DNA of 64,000 bases from Acidimicrobiales bacterium (GTDB lineage: Bacteria; Actinomycetota; Acidimicrobiia; Acidimicrobiales; Aldehydirespiratoraceae): positions 10,699 through 74,698 of the forward strand of contig JAJCXZ010000091.1 in the NCBI GenBank assembly GCA_029263175.1. Reading direction: 5' to 3'. This document shows positions 56,801-63,171 of this stretch, piece by piece. Positions within the stretch are counted from its first letter, which is position 1. Each line of letters begins with the position of its first letter. The notes under the pieces are model-generated. The model was given only the letters and a program-made list of their open reading frames with translations, ran no database searches and was not told the origin of the DNA. The position numbers and the translations under genes are program-made.

Positions 56801-57754
56801 CGTGCCGGCGCGGTCCACGCGCAGGTCGAACGACTGGGCGTGGGGTGCCGCGATCGCCCGGGTCTCGGCGGCAAGGCGTGTCTTGCCCACGCCGGGCGAC
56901 CCGACCACCGTGACCAGTATCGGTGCTCGCTCGGTGATGGCCTTGTCGATGGCGGCCGTCAACGTCTCGATCTCGTCTCCGCGGCCAACGAAAGGGGTGC
57001 CGGCGTCGTGATCTACTCCGGCTGCGGGTGCTTCGACGACTTGGAACGTGGCGATCGCTTCGTCCTTTCCCTTGACGTGGACTTCACCGAGCACCTCGTA
57101 GGTGATGTTCGATCGAGTGAGGCGCCAGGTCTGCTCACCGACGAGTACGCGGCCGGGAGTGCATTCGCCTTCGATGCGAGCGGCCGTGTTGAGGGCATCG
57201 CCGAACATGTCGTCGTCGGAGTCGGCCATCACGATCTCGCCGGTGTTGATGCCGACCCGGAGATCGACGTCGGCGTTGTGGACATCGAGGATGCGCTCGG
57301 CGAAGCCGGCGAACTCGGTCTGCAAGTCGACTCCGGCGCGTACCGCTCGCTCGGCGTCGTCCTCGGCGATGTCGGGGATACCGAACACGGCCATCACGCC
57401 GTCGCCGATGAACTTGGCGACGGTGCCGTCATGGCGTTCGATCACCACCTGGGCAAGGCGCTGGTAGTCGCTCATTTCGGCGCGTGCGGTCTCGGCGTCG
57501 ATCTTCTCGCCGAACGCCGTCGACCCGACGAGGTCGGCGAACATCACCGTGACCGTCTTGCGCGTGGCTCCGCCATCGTCCTCGGTGGGCTTCGGGGCGG
57601 CGTGGTCGACGGGTGTCCCACACTGGTCGCAGAACTTGGCGGTCGCCATGAGTGGTGCGGCGCAAGTAGCGCACGAACGACTTAGCGCGGCCCCACAGCC
57701 CGCGCAGAAGTTTGCGGTCGTCCGGTTCTCAGTCCCGCAGGCGCTGCAATCCAT
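47879..57754 (-). CDS. Giant multidomain protein: double zinc ribbon, class III adenylate/guanylate cyclase, P-loop STAND-type NTPase, TPR-like region and ~17 tandem uncharacterised modules
   Basis: A single 3,291-aa ORF. By residue number: aa 1-50, four CxxC pairs; aa ~65-240, FADLVGST, VAKFIGDGVMAVF, RVGINTGE and GDALNTAARIEG; aa 285-292, GSPGVGKT with Walker B TVIVVDDIQW; aa ~640-1065, an Ala/Leu-rich helical region; aa ~1086-3291, repeats ending in R-F-D-E-L-T-like motifs. Confidence 0.9.
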   Translation of the reverse strand: MDCSACGTENRTTANFCAGCGAALSRSCATCAAPLMATAKFCDQCGTPVDHAAPKPTEDDGGATRKTVTVMFADLVGSTAFGEKIDAETARAEMSDYQRLAQVVIERHDGTVAKFIGDGVMAVFGIPDIAEDDAERAVRAGVDLQTEFAGFAERILDVHNADVDLRVGINTGEIVMADSDDDMFGDALNTAARIEGECTPGRVLVGEQTWRLTRSNITYEVLGEVHVKGKDEAIATFQVVEAPAAGVDHDAGTPFVGRGDEIETLTAAIDKAITERAPILVTVVGSPGVGKTRLAAETRAIAAPHAQSFDLRVDRAGTASFGPVGDLLRQVVDLEGSDSGTTITAIETWIGNDGDVGVLAPLLATFVGASPARSTEESFWASRRLLEILASRRPTVIVVDDIQWAQPLFLDLLDHLTEWVAGPVALICLARPEIREIRPALAEVGRRVSEVVSLEGLGAAATEELAAGLLGAALPTELVARLPESTDGNPLFVRELVRMLVDDGVIHERDGRWELAIDPEAIEVPPTIQSLLASRVERMPADERRVVEMAAIVGSEFARGAVAALLPAAERAGLDAILERLRRKEIIDPTGTYWGDEPILRFHHVLIRDASYRRILKQRRAALHEQVAEWTSDAAERFGGEHEITIGFHYEQAHEFRSQLGAMDDDAEELGGKAAQLFQIAGERALAQDDLTAAGSLAQRALARLPNDAPERADLLVVACEAFFSSGNVREADPHFDELREVALDDVRLTAWADAFAGHRAWLAEPERLGAVEPQLDNAASLLDALDDQAGVAKARLVRAIVLARLGRVGDAETELDAALTAARAADDRRRITAVLGAAPLAALWGPSPVARAGGRCLDIIRLLRITSASPMVEATSVRCQAVLEAMRGRFDQARELIERARGTVEELGLRHGILETDMFAGVIELFADDPAAAEPFLRRAYAGLGNLGIGADAGQAAALLSRALVLQGRVDQAAPLAVESQELAGQNLQTAIASRAAGAEIAAEQGRFDEAIALAEAAVEIAGGTDLTIDHARAVSTLAVVHARAGNAASADGASRQAASLYEAKGAQPPTAADAPAATASNAVESVVPDNVCARSARLISRLVWSGDPSFTGLSEPDVRFEDCRQGMQSVLAGTDQMQEAFITAMEGLPDFGHRVVVIATRGEDIVLVESSLAATDGSGTVQWFQVNQLSDRARLQRCWVFDTESEALAMFDTLALSPDEARLRAAWEELEARVLATRDPTNPDHFALDNAATRGILRVCDLVNAKGWDEALEQFAEDYDSVDTRQMGHPSVGAKDRIDAMRSRAEFGLTVTAKPIAIRGDRLALVSWRMEAENGFVNTSLIVSRTAANGLSDYGVFLGEDDIRPALDELNRLYLEGEGADFAEPIDISTRFRQANVDGDVATVERLVDPDGVFVDHQRLKIEVPLLAMLVETASAAGFLIVARRYLRISPTAILLDYRAHSNTDGRHIEQEPGLSLMSFAAGRLTRMELFYFHDLDRAIRRFEDVSGSPAVDLTAAEQVARTEAAAKGLTVETVARRGQRCVASRVGSAEAARYRVIRLDTGGQVETTVAYPADDLRGALDKLNQLYLEGEGAPYREIIELAWSFSIAGESNAGDRADAHRDRMADDLVFVDHRRLGFGTMNREGSANLAASYEADQNQVIVRDYVRIAGESILVHVQTLEFDEAGGHVEWQMYTLVLGTDGLATRIELFDVDDLDRAIARYDELTREPADRFGNRASAVWARQVAAINAQDWEAVIASFSPAAFIHDSRQLRHEIYTPEEHVHRMKDADVVGISLTLQAIRGDDLALFTADMDRPSNGYVSQMIAVAQIDSAGLVTRAELLDPEAMGEAVDRLSDWWAEGETPEHAEIIRLLTRTSHNLEHGRAEELAADMLADAEFVDHRELGLPTMDRSDAADLVGEWTDGQSSEQVFATEFHRLTGSGTVATGRHVTRTNDGFEAESELVFMTVVRDGKIARGEWFDGHELDRALARFDELTGYVADKNTPPDRASGIDRRQHQTLAEQSHAKAIAALTAGDIDSYAALLRSDYVDTSLRHSTGGARVFALAEHLDVINAFVAVGFDRFDTAVIAFRGEQLILATIRFATGNDDEIEFLAVLEVDDAGLQKRLTAFDTTQMAEALRLLREWWLEGEAAPFRAAIETTDRVGAALRRTDGEGMRESLTDSFTLVDRRSIGFGELTIDQYLDSLADIQGQGSWRTSPSSYLRVTEEGVLLELVSTVKGETGVNVEGPRLVLFILDGELVDRMEWFDVDAVDAAVGRFDELTAPRWELVCQLGSTQPVTIELDRDRSRVRIGSPDGARAFDYAEFYEAQRHAIELWYESDLDGARARSVVDPLLDLIDALYAHDWERARAALAPDFALSVNKSVIGHEQDADGFIESMRTWLELAGDVTAVSHGVLAISETVCVLDTEPRAVDALGTETEWRSLLLVEVHDSLVMRWEEFDVDSIDAALARFDELTVPTDRLSNRASATAARARDAFFARDIETMLEQYASNAVMQDRRALFDTTYTVEQWRAVAADLMDNEDFAASLTEVLATRGQHVCLLSTTSELSVEGFVHERLTICEVNDASLITRYAYFEPEQSDDAFALLDGWFADSLTADEGTVFEAHREGMRAQQLGDETAIRAQLHQDFSATDHRPAGWGRVGVDGWVELQLGFHRLTTGLRNRLVTVGAISPTALLAEMQIADDSGNEWSFLGVFSYREAMGRTAEFYETTAFDMALARFHELCGLANTHAGRAMEKVRSCMAALDEAGLAEIYGADTEFSSTRRLGLGIVTARQMIDATLELIRSNGEPQVTTIATRGEDLILQQWRFGPEPEFALESLVLSQVVPSGAVSRLMSLDLDQLDHAMVHLDEWFADTLDPEVLAIFELLLTSVDLTRADEVEPLLRDLAGPDFRAIDHRLGGWGTVDLDDYIDLQHSFHSETEGFWNRLNAVHSISANGFVLELQFGDSSDNEWRFVAVFSLSRSGSLSAAEFYDLDDLDAALARFDELAIAAPALQNRALQAMSAYGKALFEDHDLEAALALWHPQGVLEDHTLISAGRRTIDDMRELLRDVLDHKMVARATRGLRATRLDHLCLAGDTIHFTVDGFTEPRLTVVEVDDAGLIRRAAVFEPEAESGAYEILDRWFAESLTTTGAESWLALGRAMAAQERGNAELNSSVLAADFVAVDHRSASFGTVDAAGWIELQTAFPEVADGFHNRLVAVHAMSDTVLFVEPEFGDRDGNEWHALAVFSFEEEMLAAAELFDTADFAQAQSRFEELTRTTPTDL

Positions 57755-57904
57755 CTATTCCCCCGCACCATTGTCCCGCGGCGGCGCGAATACAGCCAGT
57801 GGTCAGCCGTCACCCACCTTGCGTGACCCCCATCACAGAGCTCCAATACCGAAAAGCGTTGGCGCCAGGGTGCCGAAGTGCGGGTCTGGGCGTCAGACTG
57901 AGGC

Positions 57905-59014
57905 ATGGCTGATCACAGTGCTTCCATAGTCGACGGGTGTGTCGTGCTCGACCGAGATCTCGCCGTGCCGAGCCGCTGGCTGCGAGATCACGGCGACGAC
58001 GCCGGAAGTCTCAATCCGGTCTCGAAGCAGCGCCTGACCGACACCTTCGCCATCGATCGCGACATCGCCCCGCTCGCAGTGGCTCTCGACAGGGATTGGC
58101 TCGACGTGGACTGGAGCGACGGAGCCCGCACGGGTCACGACGTGGCGGCGCTGCGCAAGCTGGCGTCGTCCCGCCGTCGTCCGGCCGTCCGCTCGGACGC
58201 CGGGTTCACAATTCCCCCCGAGCTGGAGCTCTGGGGCGAGCCTCCGGCGGTGACGTGGTTCGATGCCGAGGTGATCGAGGATGACGATCGTTGGGTCGAT
58301 GCGCTCAGCCATCTCCGCACGTTCGGTTGGGTGGCATTCGACGGTGCCGCTTTGGGCGAGACACCAACGCGGAAGCTCGCCGCCCGAATCGGCTATCCCC
58401 GAAATTCGATCTTCGGCGATCTCTGGGAGATGAAGTCGGGCGCCACCGAACACATGGACTCGGCGTACGAGACGTTCGCCCTTGACGTCCACACCGACGG
58501 CACCTACAGCCATGATGCGCCCGGCACGATCCTTTTCGCCCAGCAGATCCGCACCGGTGATGGGGGCGACAGTGTTCTGATCGACGGTTTCGCCGCGGCC
58601 CGTGACTTCCGGGCAGCCAACCCCGAGGCGGCTCATCTCCTCACGCGGTTCGCTATCCGAGCGCACTACATCGAACCGGGTGTGCACCTCCTGGCGGAGC
58701 GTCCCCCGATCCGAGTGGACGAGGACGGCAAGCTCGTGCAGTTGTCGTTCAACAACTACGACCGTGCGCCGCTGCTGCCCGCTGACGGTCTCGTCGACGA
58801 GGTGATCGATGCCTACAACGATTTCCGGGCGGTCTTCAGCGATCCGGCGCGGGCGTTGCGGCACGACTGGAAGCCGGGGCGCATTCTGGTCTTCGACAAC
58901 TGGCGCTGCTTCCACGGCAGAACCGCGTTCACCGGCAGCCGTACGTTCTTGGGCTGCTACACCAATCATGAGGATCTCGAAGGCGCATACCGGGTGGCGG
59001 GTCTGACCCTTTGA
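57905..59014 (+). CDS. Gamma-butyrobetaine-hydroxylase-like / TauD-family Fe(II)/2-oxoglutarate dioxygenase
   Basis: The ORF is 369 aa. An N-terminal small domain is followed by the TauD core with the HxD triad context ALDVHTDGTYSHDAPG and FDNWRCFHGRTAF. Confidence 0.8.
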   Translation: MADHSASIVDGCVVLDRDLAVPSRWLRDHGDDAGSLNPVSKQRLTDTFAIDRDIAPLAVALDRDWLDVDWSDGARTGHDVAALRKLASSRRRPAVRSDAGFTIPPELELWGEPPAVTWFDAEVIEDDDRWVDALSHLRTFGWVAFDGAALGETPTRKLAARIGYPRNSIFGDLWEMKSGATEHMDSAYETFALDVHTDGTYSHDAPGTILFAQQIRTGDGGDSVLIDGFAAARDFRAANPEAAHLLTRFAIRAHYIEPGVHLLAERPPIRVDEDGKLVQLSFNNYDRAPLLPADGLVDEVIDAYNDFRAVFSDPARALRHDWKPGRILVFDNWRCFHGRTAFTGSRTFLGCYTNHEDLEGAYRVAGLTL

Positions 59015-59074
59015 ACGAAGCAGCGCGGACTCGAGCCGACGATCGCCTTCGACCCCTGAACTCGAGTCCCATCT

Positions 59075-59136
59075 CGGGCTTCTGCGCCACCTGCCGCGCG
59101 TTTGACGGGCGCGGGGTGGCAGAGATCGGGGTGGGG
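59075..59136 (+). repeat. ~65-nt structured interspersed repeat, copy C
   Basis: CGGGCTTCTGCGCCACCTGCCGCGCGTTTGACGGGCGCGGGGTGGCAGAGATCGGGGTGGGG. It lies between the convergent stops at 59014 and 59146. Confidence 0.85.
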
Positions 59137-59145
59137 TCGGTGGGG

Positions 59146-59709
59146 CTATGCACGCCTCGCGATGAGGTGGGCTTCGTGGCGGTTGTTCGAGCGCCAGGTT
59201 TCGGTGTGGTGGACGACGTCGAGACCGTCGACCAGGGCCAGGATCTCGTCCTGTTCGACCAGGAACGGGCGGGCGGGTTTCGGCGAGCGTTCCAAATTGG
59301 TGACCGTTGCGATGACCACGGCCAGCACGCCGCCCGGGCCCAGCGCGTCGACCAGCGATGAGAAGAGGTCGCGGTTCAAGTAGTTGGCGACCGTGATGAC
59401 GTCCCACGGACCCGCCGGCAGGGGTTCGGTGTCGAGGTCGACCTCGACCGTCGAGATGATCACGTCCTCCGCGAGGGCTCGCTGGCGGGACTGGATCAGG
59501 CCGACGTCGCTCACGTCGCACACCGTGGCGTCGAGACCCAACCGGGCGAACGTCAACGAGTCGGTCGATCCACCGCCGGCCACGTCGAGCAGACGGCCCG
59601 ACTCAGGCAGATGCGGCACCACGAGTTCAACGAGCTGCGACCCGTGGCTGGTGCCGACTCGCCGTTCAGCCCACTTGTCGTTCCAGCGATCACGATCGCC
59701 GGCACCCAT
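59146..59709 (-). CDS. Class I SAM-dependent methyltransferase
   Basis: Track ORF 59146..60207 trimmed to ATG 59709 (MGAGDRDRWNDKWAER...). It has the SAM motif LLDVAGGGSTDS and starts 2 nt after the valS stop. Confidence 0.8.
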   Translation of the reverse strand: MGAGDRDRWNDKWAERRVGTSHGSQLVELVVPHLPESGRLLDVAGGGSTDSLTFARLGLDATVCDVSDVGLIQSRQRALAEDVIISTVEVDLDTEPLPAGPWDVITVANYLNRDLFSSLVDALGPGGVLAVVIATVTNLERSPKPARPFLVEQDEILALVDGLDVVHHTETWRSNNRHEAHLIARRA

Positions 59710-59711
59710 GA

Positions 59712-62315
59712 CTATTCCTCGACCGGTTCGGGCTCGAGTTCGGCGGCGACGGTGATCTCGGATCCTTCGGTGGCGACCCCCGGCGCAACGGCGGCAACCA
59801 TGCCGGCAGCCTTGACGTCGTCGATGACGAGGTCGAGCAATGCGAGCTGTGCCGCGGTAGCGGAGAACGTGGCTGAGCCGACCGGGGTGCGCAACTTGCG
59901 TTTGGCCTCGCTCTTGACTCGGCGGACGACAGAGAGCGCCTCGGCGGCAACGTCGGCGGCGTCGCCGTCGACGCCGGCGGCCGCGGTGCGCAGTTGGTCG
60001 GCCTCGGGCCACGCTGAAACATGGATCGAACCGTCCTGCCACCAGTTCCAGCACTCCTCGGTGACGAAGGGAAGGAACGGGGCGAACAGGCGATGAATGG
60101 TCGAGAGCGCAATCCGCAGTGAGTGATGCGCCGACGCGGCACGGTCGTCGCCGTACTCGCCGTAGGCGCGGGCCTTGACCAGCTCCATGTGATTGTCGGT
60201 GAACCACCAGAAGAACGCTTCGGTGCGCTCCAACGCGCGGGCGTAGTCGAATGCCTCGAAGGCACGAGTGGTGTCATCGACGAGGTCGGCCAGCTTGGCC
60301 AACATCGATTGGTCGAGCGTCTCGGTGACCGCCGACGGATCGGCCCCGGCGAGACCCTCGCCGAAGCCCAGGACGAACTTGGAGGCGTTGAGCAGTTTGA
60401 TCGACAAACGACGGCCGATTTTCATCTGGCCCTCGTCGAAAGCGGTGTCGGTGCCGGGACGACCAGAGGATGCCCAGTAGCGAACGGCGTCGGACCCGTA
60501 GTGCTCGAGAAGGTCGGTCGGGACGACGACGTTGCCCTTCGACTTCGACATCTTCTTACGGTCGGGATCGAGGATCCAACCGGAGAGCGCGGCGTTGCGC
60601 CACGGCGCGGTGTCGGCGTCGAAGTGGGCACGTACGACCGTGGAGAACAGCCAGGTGCGAATGATGTCGTGAGCTTGCGGCCGCATGTCCATCGGGAAGG
60701 TGGCGGCGTAGAGTGCGGGGTCGGTGCGCCAACCACACGCGATCTGCGGCGACAGTGACGACGTGGCCCAGGTGTCCATGATGTCGGGCTCGCCGATGAA
60801 GCCTCCGGCTACGCCACGCTGATCGGCCGAGTAGCCGGCGGGGACGTCGGTCGACGGGTCCATCGGCAGCTGATCCTCGGAGGGAACGAGCGGGTTGTCC
60901 CAGATCGGCTCGCTGTCGGTGTCGAGCCGGTACCACAGTGGGATCGGGACCCCGAAGAAACGTTGGCGGGAGACCAGCCAATCGCCGTTGAGGCCTTCGA
61001 TCCAGGATGCGAACCGGGACTGCATGTAGGTGGGGATCCAGTTGATCTCGTCACCTCTGGCAACCAGGGCCTCGCGGAGATCGGTGTCGCGACCACCGTT
61101 GCGTATGTACCACTGCCGGGAGCTGACGATCTCGAGCGGTTTGTCGCCCTTTTCGAAGAACTTGACCGGATGGGTGATCTTGCGGGGCTCACCCTCCGTC
61201 TCGCCGGTCTCGCTGAAGATCCTGACGATCTCTTCCTGGGCCTGGGCGACCTTCTTGCCGGCGAGACGCTGGTACGCCTCACCTGCGGCATCGCCGACGA
61301 TCCACTCCGGCGTCTCGGCGGCAAAGCGCCCATCACGACCGATGACGGTACGAACGGGTAGTTGGAGCTCGCGCCACCAGGTGACGTCGGTGGTGTCGCC
61401 GAACGTGCAGATCATGGCGATGCCGGTGCCCTTCTCAGGATCGGCGAGGGTGTGGGCCAGGACCGGAACCTGAACACCGAAGACCGGCGAGACAACAGAG
61501 GCGGTTTCGAAGTAGGGCTGGTAGCGCTCGTCGTCGGGGTGGGCGACCAGAGCGACGCATGACGGAACGAGTTCCGGGCGGGTGGTGTCGATCCAGATGT
61601 CGGGGCGGCCTTCGGTGCCGGCGAATCGGAGCTTGTGGTACGCGCCGGGGATTTCCTTGTCTTCCAGCTCGGCCTGGGCGACAGCGGTTTGGAAGGTGAC
61701 GTCCCACAGGGACGGCGCTTCGACCTGGTAGGCCTGCCCCCTGGCGAGGTTGTCGAGGAACGCCAGCTGCGAGATGCGACGGGACTGGTCGTTGATCGTC
61801 TCGTAGGTGCGGCTCCAGTCGACCGACAGACCAAGGCGGCGGAAGAGCCCTTCGAAGGCCTTCTCGTCCTCAACCGTCAGCGTGGTGCACAGTTCGATGA
61901 AGTTGGGGCGGCTGATCGAGATCTCACGACGCTTCTTGATCGCGCCGGGATCACCCGCATCTTCGGGAATCTCGAAGGTCGGGTCGTATGGAAGCGATGG
62001 GTCGCAGCGGACGCCGTAGTAGTTTTGGACTCGCCGCTCGGTGGGAAGGCCGTTGTCATCCCACCCCATGGGGTAGAAGACCTCTTTGCCGGCCATGCGT
62101 TGGTAGCGGGCAATGGTGTCGGTGTGGGTGTAGGAGAAGACGTGGCCGACATGCAGCAACCCGCTGACCGTCGGCGGGGGTGTGTCGATCGAGAAGACCT
62201 CTTCACGCGACTTCGAGGCATCGAAGTGGTAGATGCCCGAGTCGTCCCATACCGCGTCCCACTTGTCCTCGAGTCCGGAGAGGTCGGGCTTTTCGGGAAT
62301 CGACGCGGTGCTCAT
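59712..62315 (-). CDS. valS: Valine--tRNA ligase
   Basis: Track ORF 59712..62360 trimmed to ATG 62315 (MSTASIPEKPDLSGLEDKWDAVW...). It has the HIGH-type motif PTVSGLLHVGHV and the KMSKS motif. Confidence 0.95.
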   Translation of the reverse strand: MSTASIPEKPDLSGLEDKWDAVWDDSGIYHFDASKSREEVFSIDTPPPTVSGLLHVGHVFSYTHTDTIARYQRMAGKEVFYPMGWDDNGLPTERRVQNYYGVRCDPSLPYDPTFEIPEDAGDPGAIKKRREISISRPNFIELCTTLTVEDEKAFEGLFRRLGLSVDWSRTYETINDQSRRISQLAFLDNLARGQAYQVEAPSLWDVTFQTAVAQAELEDKEIPGAYHKLRFAGTEGRPDIWIDTTRPELVPSCVALVAHPDDERYQPYFETASVVSPVFGVQVPVLAHTLADPEKGTGIAMICTFGDTTDVTWWRELQLPVRTVIGRDGRFAAETPEWIVGDAAGEAYQRLAGKKVAQAQEEIVRIFSETGETEGEPRKITHPVKFFEKGDKPLEIVSSRQWYIRNGGRDTDLREALVARGDEINWIPTYMQSRFASWIEGLNGDWLVSRQRFFGVPIPLWYRLDTDSEPIWDNPLVPSEDQLPMDPSTDVPAGYSADQRGVAGGFIGEPDIMDTWATSSLSPQIACGWRTDPALYAATFPMDMRPQAHDIIRTWLFSTVVRAHFDADTAPWRNAALSGWILDPDRKKMSKSKGNVVVPTDLLEHYGSDAVRYWASSGRPGTDTAFDEGQMKIGRRLSIKLLNASKFVLGFGEGLAGADPSAVTETLDQSMLAKLADLVDDTTRAFEAFDYARALERTEAFFWWFTDNHMELVKARAYGEYGDDRAASAHHSLRIALSTIHRLFAPFLPFVTEECWNWWQDGSIHVSAWPEADQLRTAAAGVDGDAADVAAEALSVVRRVKSEAKRKLRTPVGSATFSATAAQLALLDLVIDDVKAAGMVAAVAPGVATEGSEITVAAELEPEPVEE

Positions 62316-62439
62316 ATGGATGTCGAGGATACCGGCCCTCCCGACGGGCTGATCGCCCATTTACCCGAGAGGCCGACGTATTCAGGGCGACGAGAGTGGT
62401 TCCCTGGACAACGAACAGAATACAAGTACAATACAAGTT

Positions 62440-63171
62440 GTGAGTGAATCCGAACTCGTCATCTTGGCCATGGCGGCCGTTGTCACTGCGGCAATCACCG
62501 CGGTGGCCGGCGCCGGTGGCGGGTTGATCCTGCTCATCACGATTCTTCAGTTCGTTGATCCGCTGGTCGCCATCCCTGCTCATGGCGTCATCCAACTCGC
62601 CTCGAACGGAACTCGAGCAGCGACCCTTCGTGACAAGGTCGACGCGTCGGTTCTGCGGTGGTATGTCGTCCCGCTGCTGCCGGCGATCGGAATCGGATTT
62701 CTGATCGCCGACGCAATCCCTCGCGACGGGGGACGGGCGCTGATCGGCGTGTTCGCCCTCGTCGCCGTGTGGTGGCCGGCGGCCACGAACTGGCTCGCTC
62801 CTCGACCAGGCGGCGGCAAGCGCTTTGCCCTCGTCGGCGTCGTTGCCGGTGTCACCAACCCGCCGATCGGCGCAGTCGGTCCGCTCATCGCACCTGCGTT
62901 CAAGACCGCCACCCGGGACCACATCACGTTCGTCGCCACCTTCGCTGTTGCTCAGGTGATGAACCACACAGCGAAGATCCTTGTCTTCGGAATCGCGGGG
63001 TTCGCGTTCCGCGAACACACACCCATGATCCTGGTGGGCGTCGTCGGTGTGATCGTCGGCACGAGGGTCGGGGCCAAGCTTCTCCATCGAGCCAAGCCCG
63101 GGATGCTCAACTGGCTCTTCAAAGGAGCCGTCACGCTCGGTGCCGCACGGCTGATCGCGTCGTTGCTGTAG
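62440..63171 (+). CDS. TauE/SafE (TSUP) family anion exporter
   Basis: The ORF is 243 aa and multi-TM, with AVAGAGGGLILL and the internal duplication typical of the family. Confidence 0.8.
   Translation: MSESELVILAMAAVVTAAITAVAGAGGGLILLITILQFVDPLVAIPAHGVIQLASNGTRAATLRDKVDASVLRWYVVPLLPAIGIGFLIADAIPRDGGRALIGVFALVAVWWPAATNWLAPRPGGGKRFALVGVVAGVTNPPIGAVGPLIAPAFKTATRDHITFVATFAVAQVMNHTAKILVFGIAGFAFREHTPMILVGVVGVIVGTRVGAKLLHRAKPGMLNWLFKGAVTLGAARLIASLL

Noticed and set aside
46820-59136. Possibility that the three ~65-nt repeats are integron attC sites with gene cassettes
   Set aside because: No integron integrase or attI is present. The repeats lack GTTRRRY/RYYYAAC-type core sites. The intervening genes are in mixed orientation, and one 'cassette' would be over 11 kb. 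A REP/MITE-like or recombination-scar interpretation fits better.
57893-59521. 542-aa minus-strand ORF
   Set aside because: It is antisense to the TauD/GBBH-like gene and runs through repeat copy C and the methyltransferase gene out of frame. No motifs are present.
62316-62439. Possible T-box or other leader upstream of valS, and an ATACAAGT-N3-ATACAAGT direct repeat (62420-62438) in an AT-rich patch
   Set aside because: Only ~125 nt are available between valS and the divergent tauE start, which is too short for a T-box. I see no specifier-loop/T-box sequence. The 8-nt repeat is most simply part of the divergent promoters, and there is too little evidence for a specific call.
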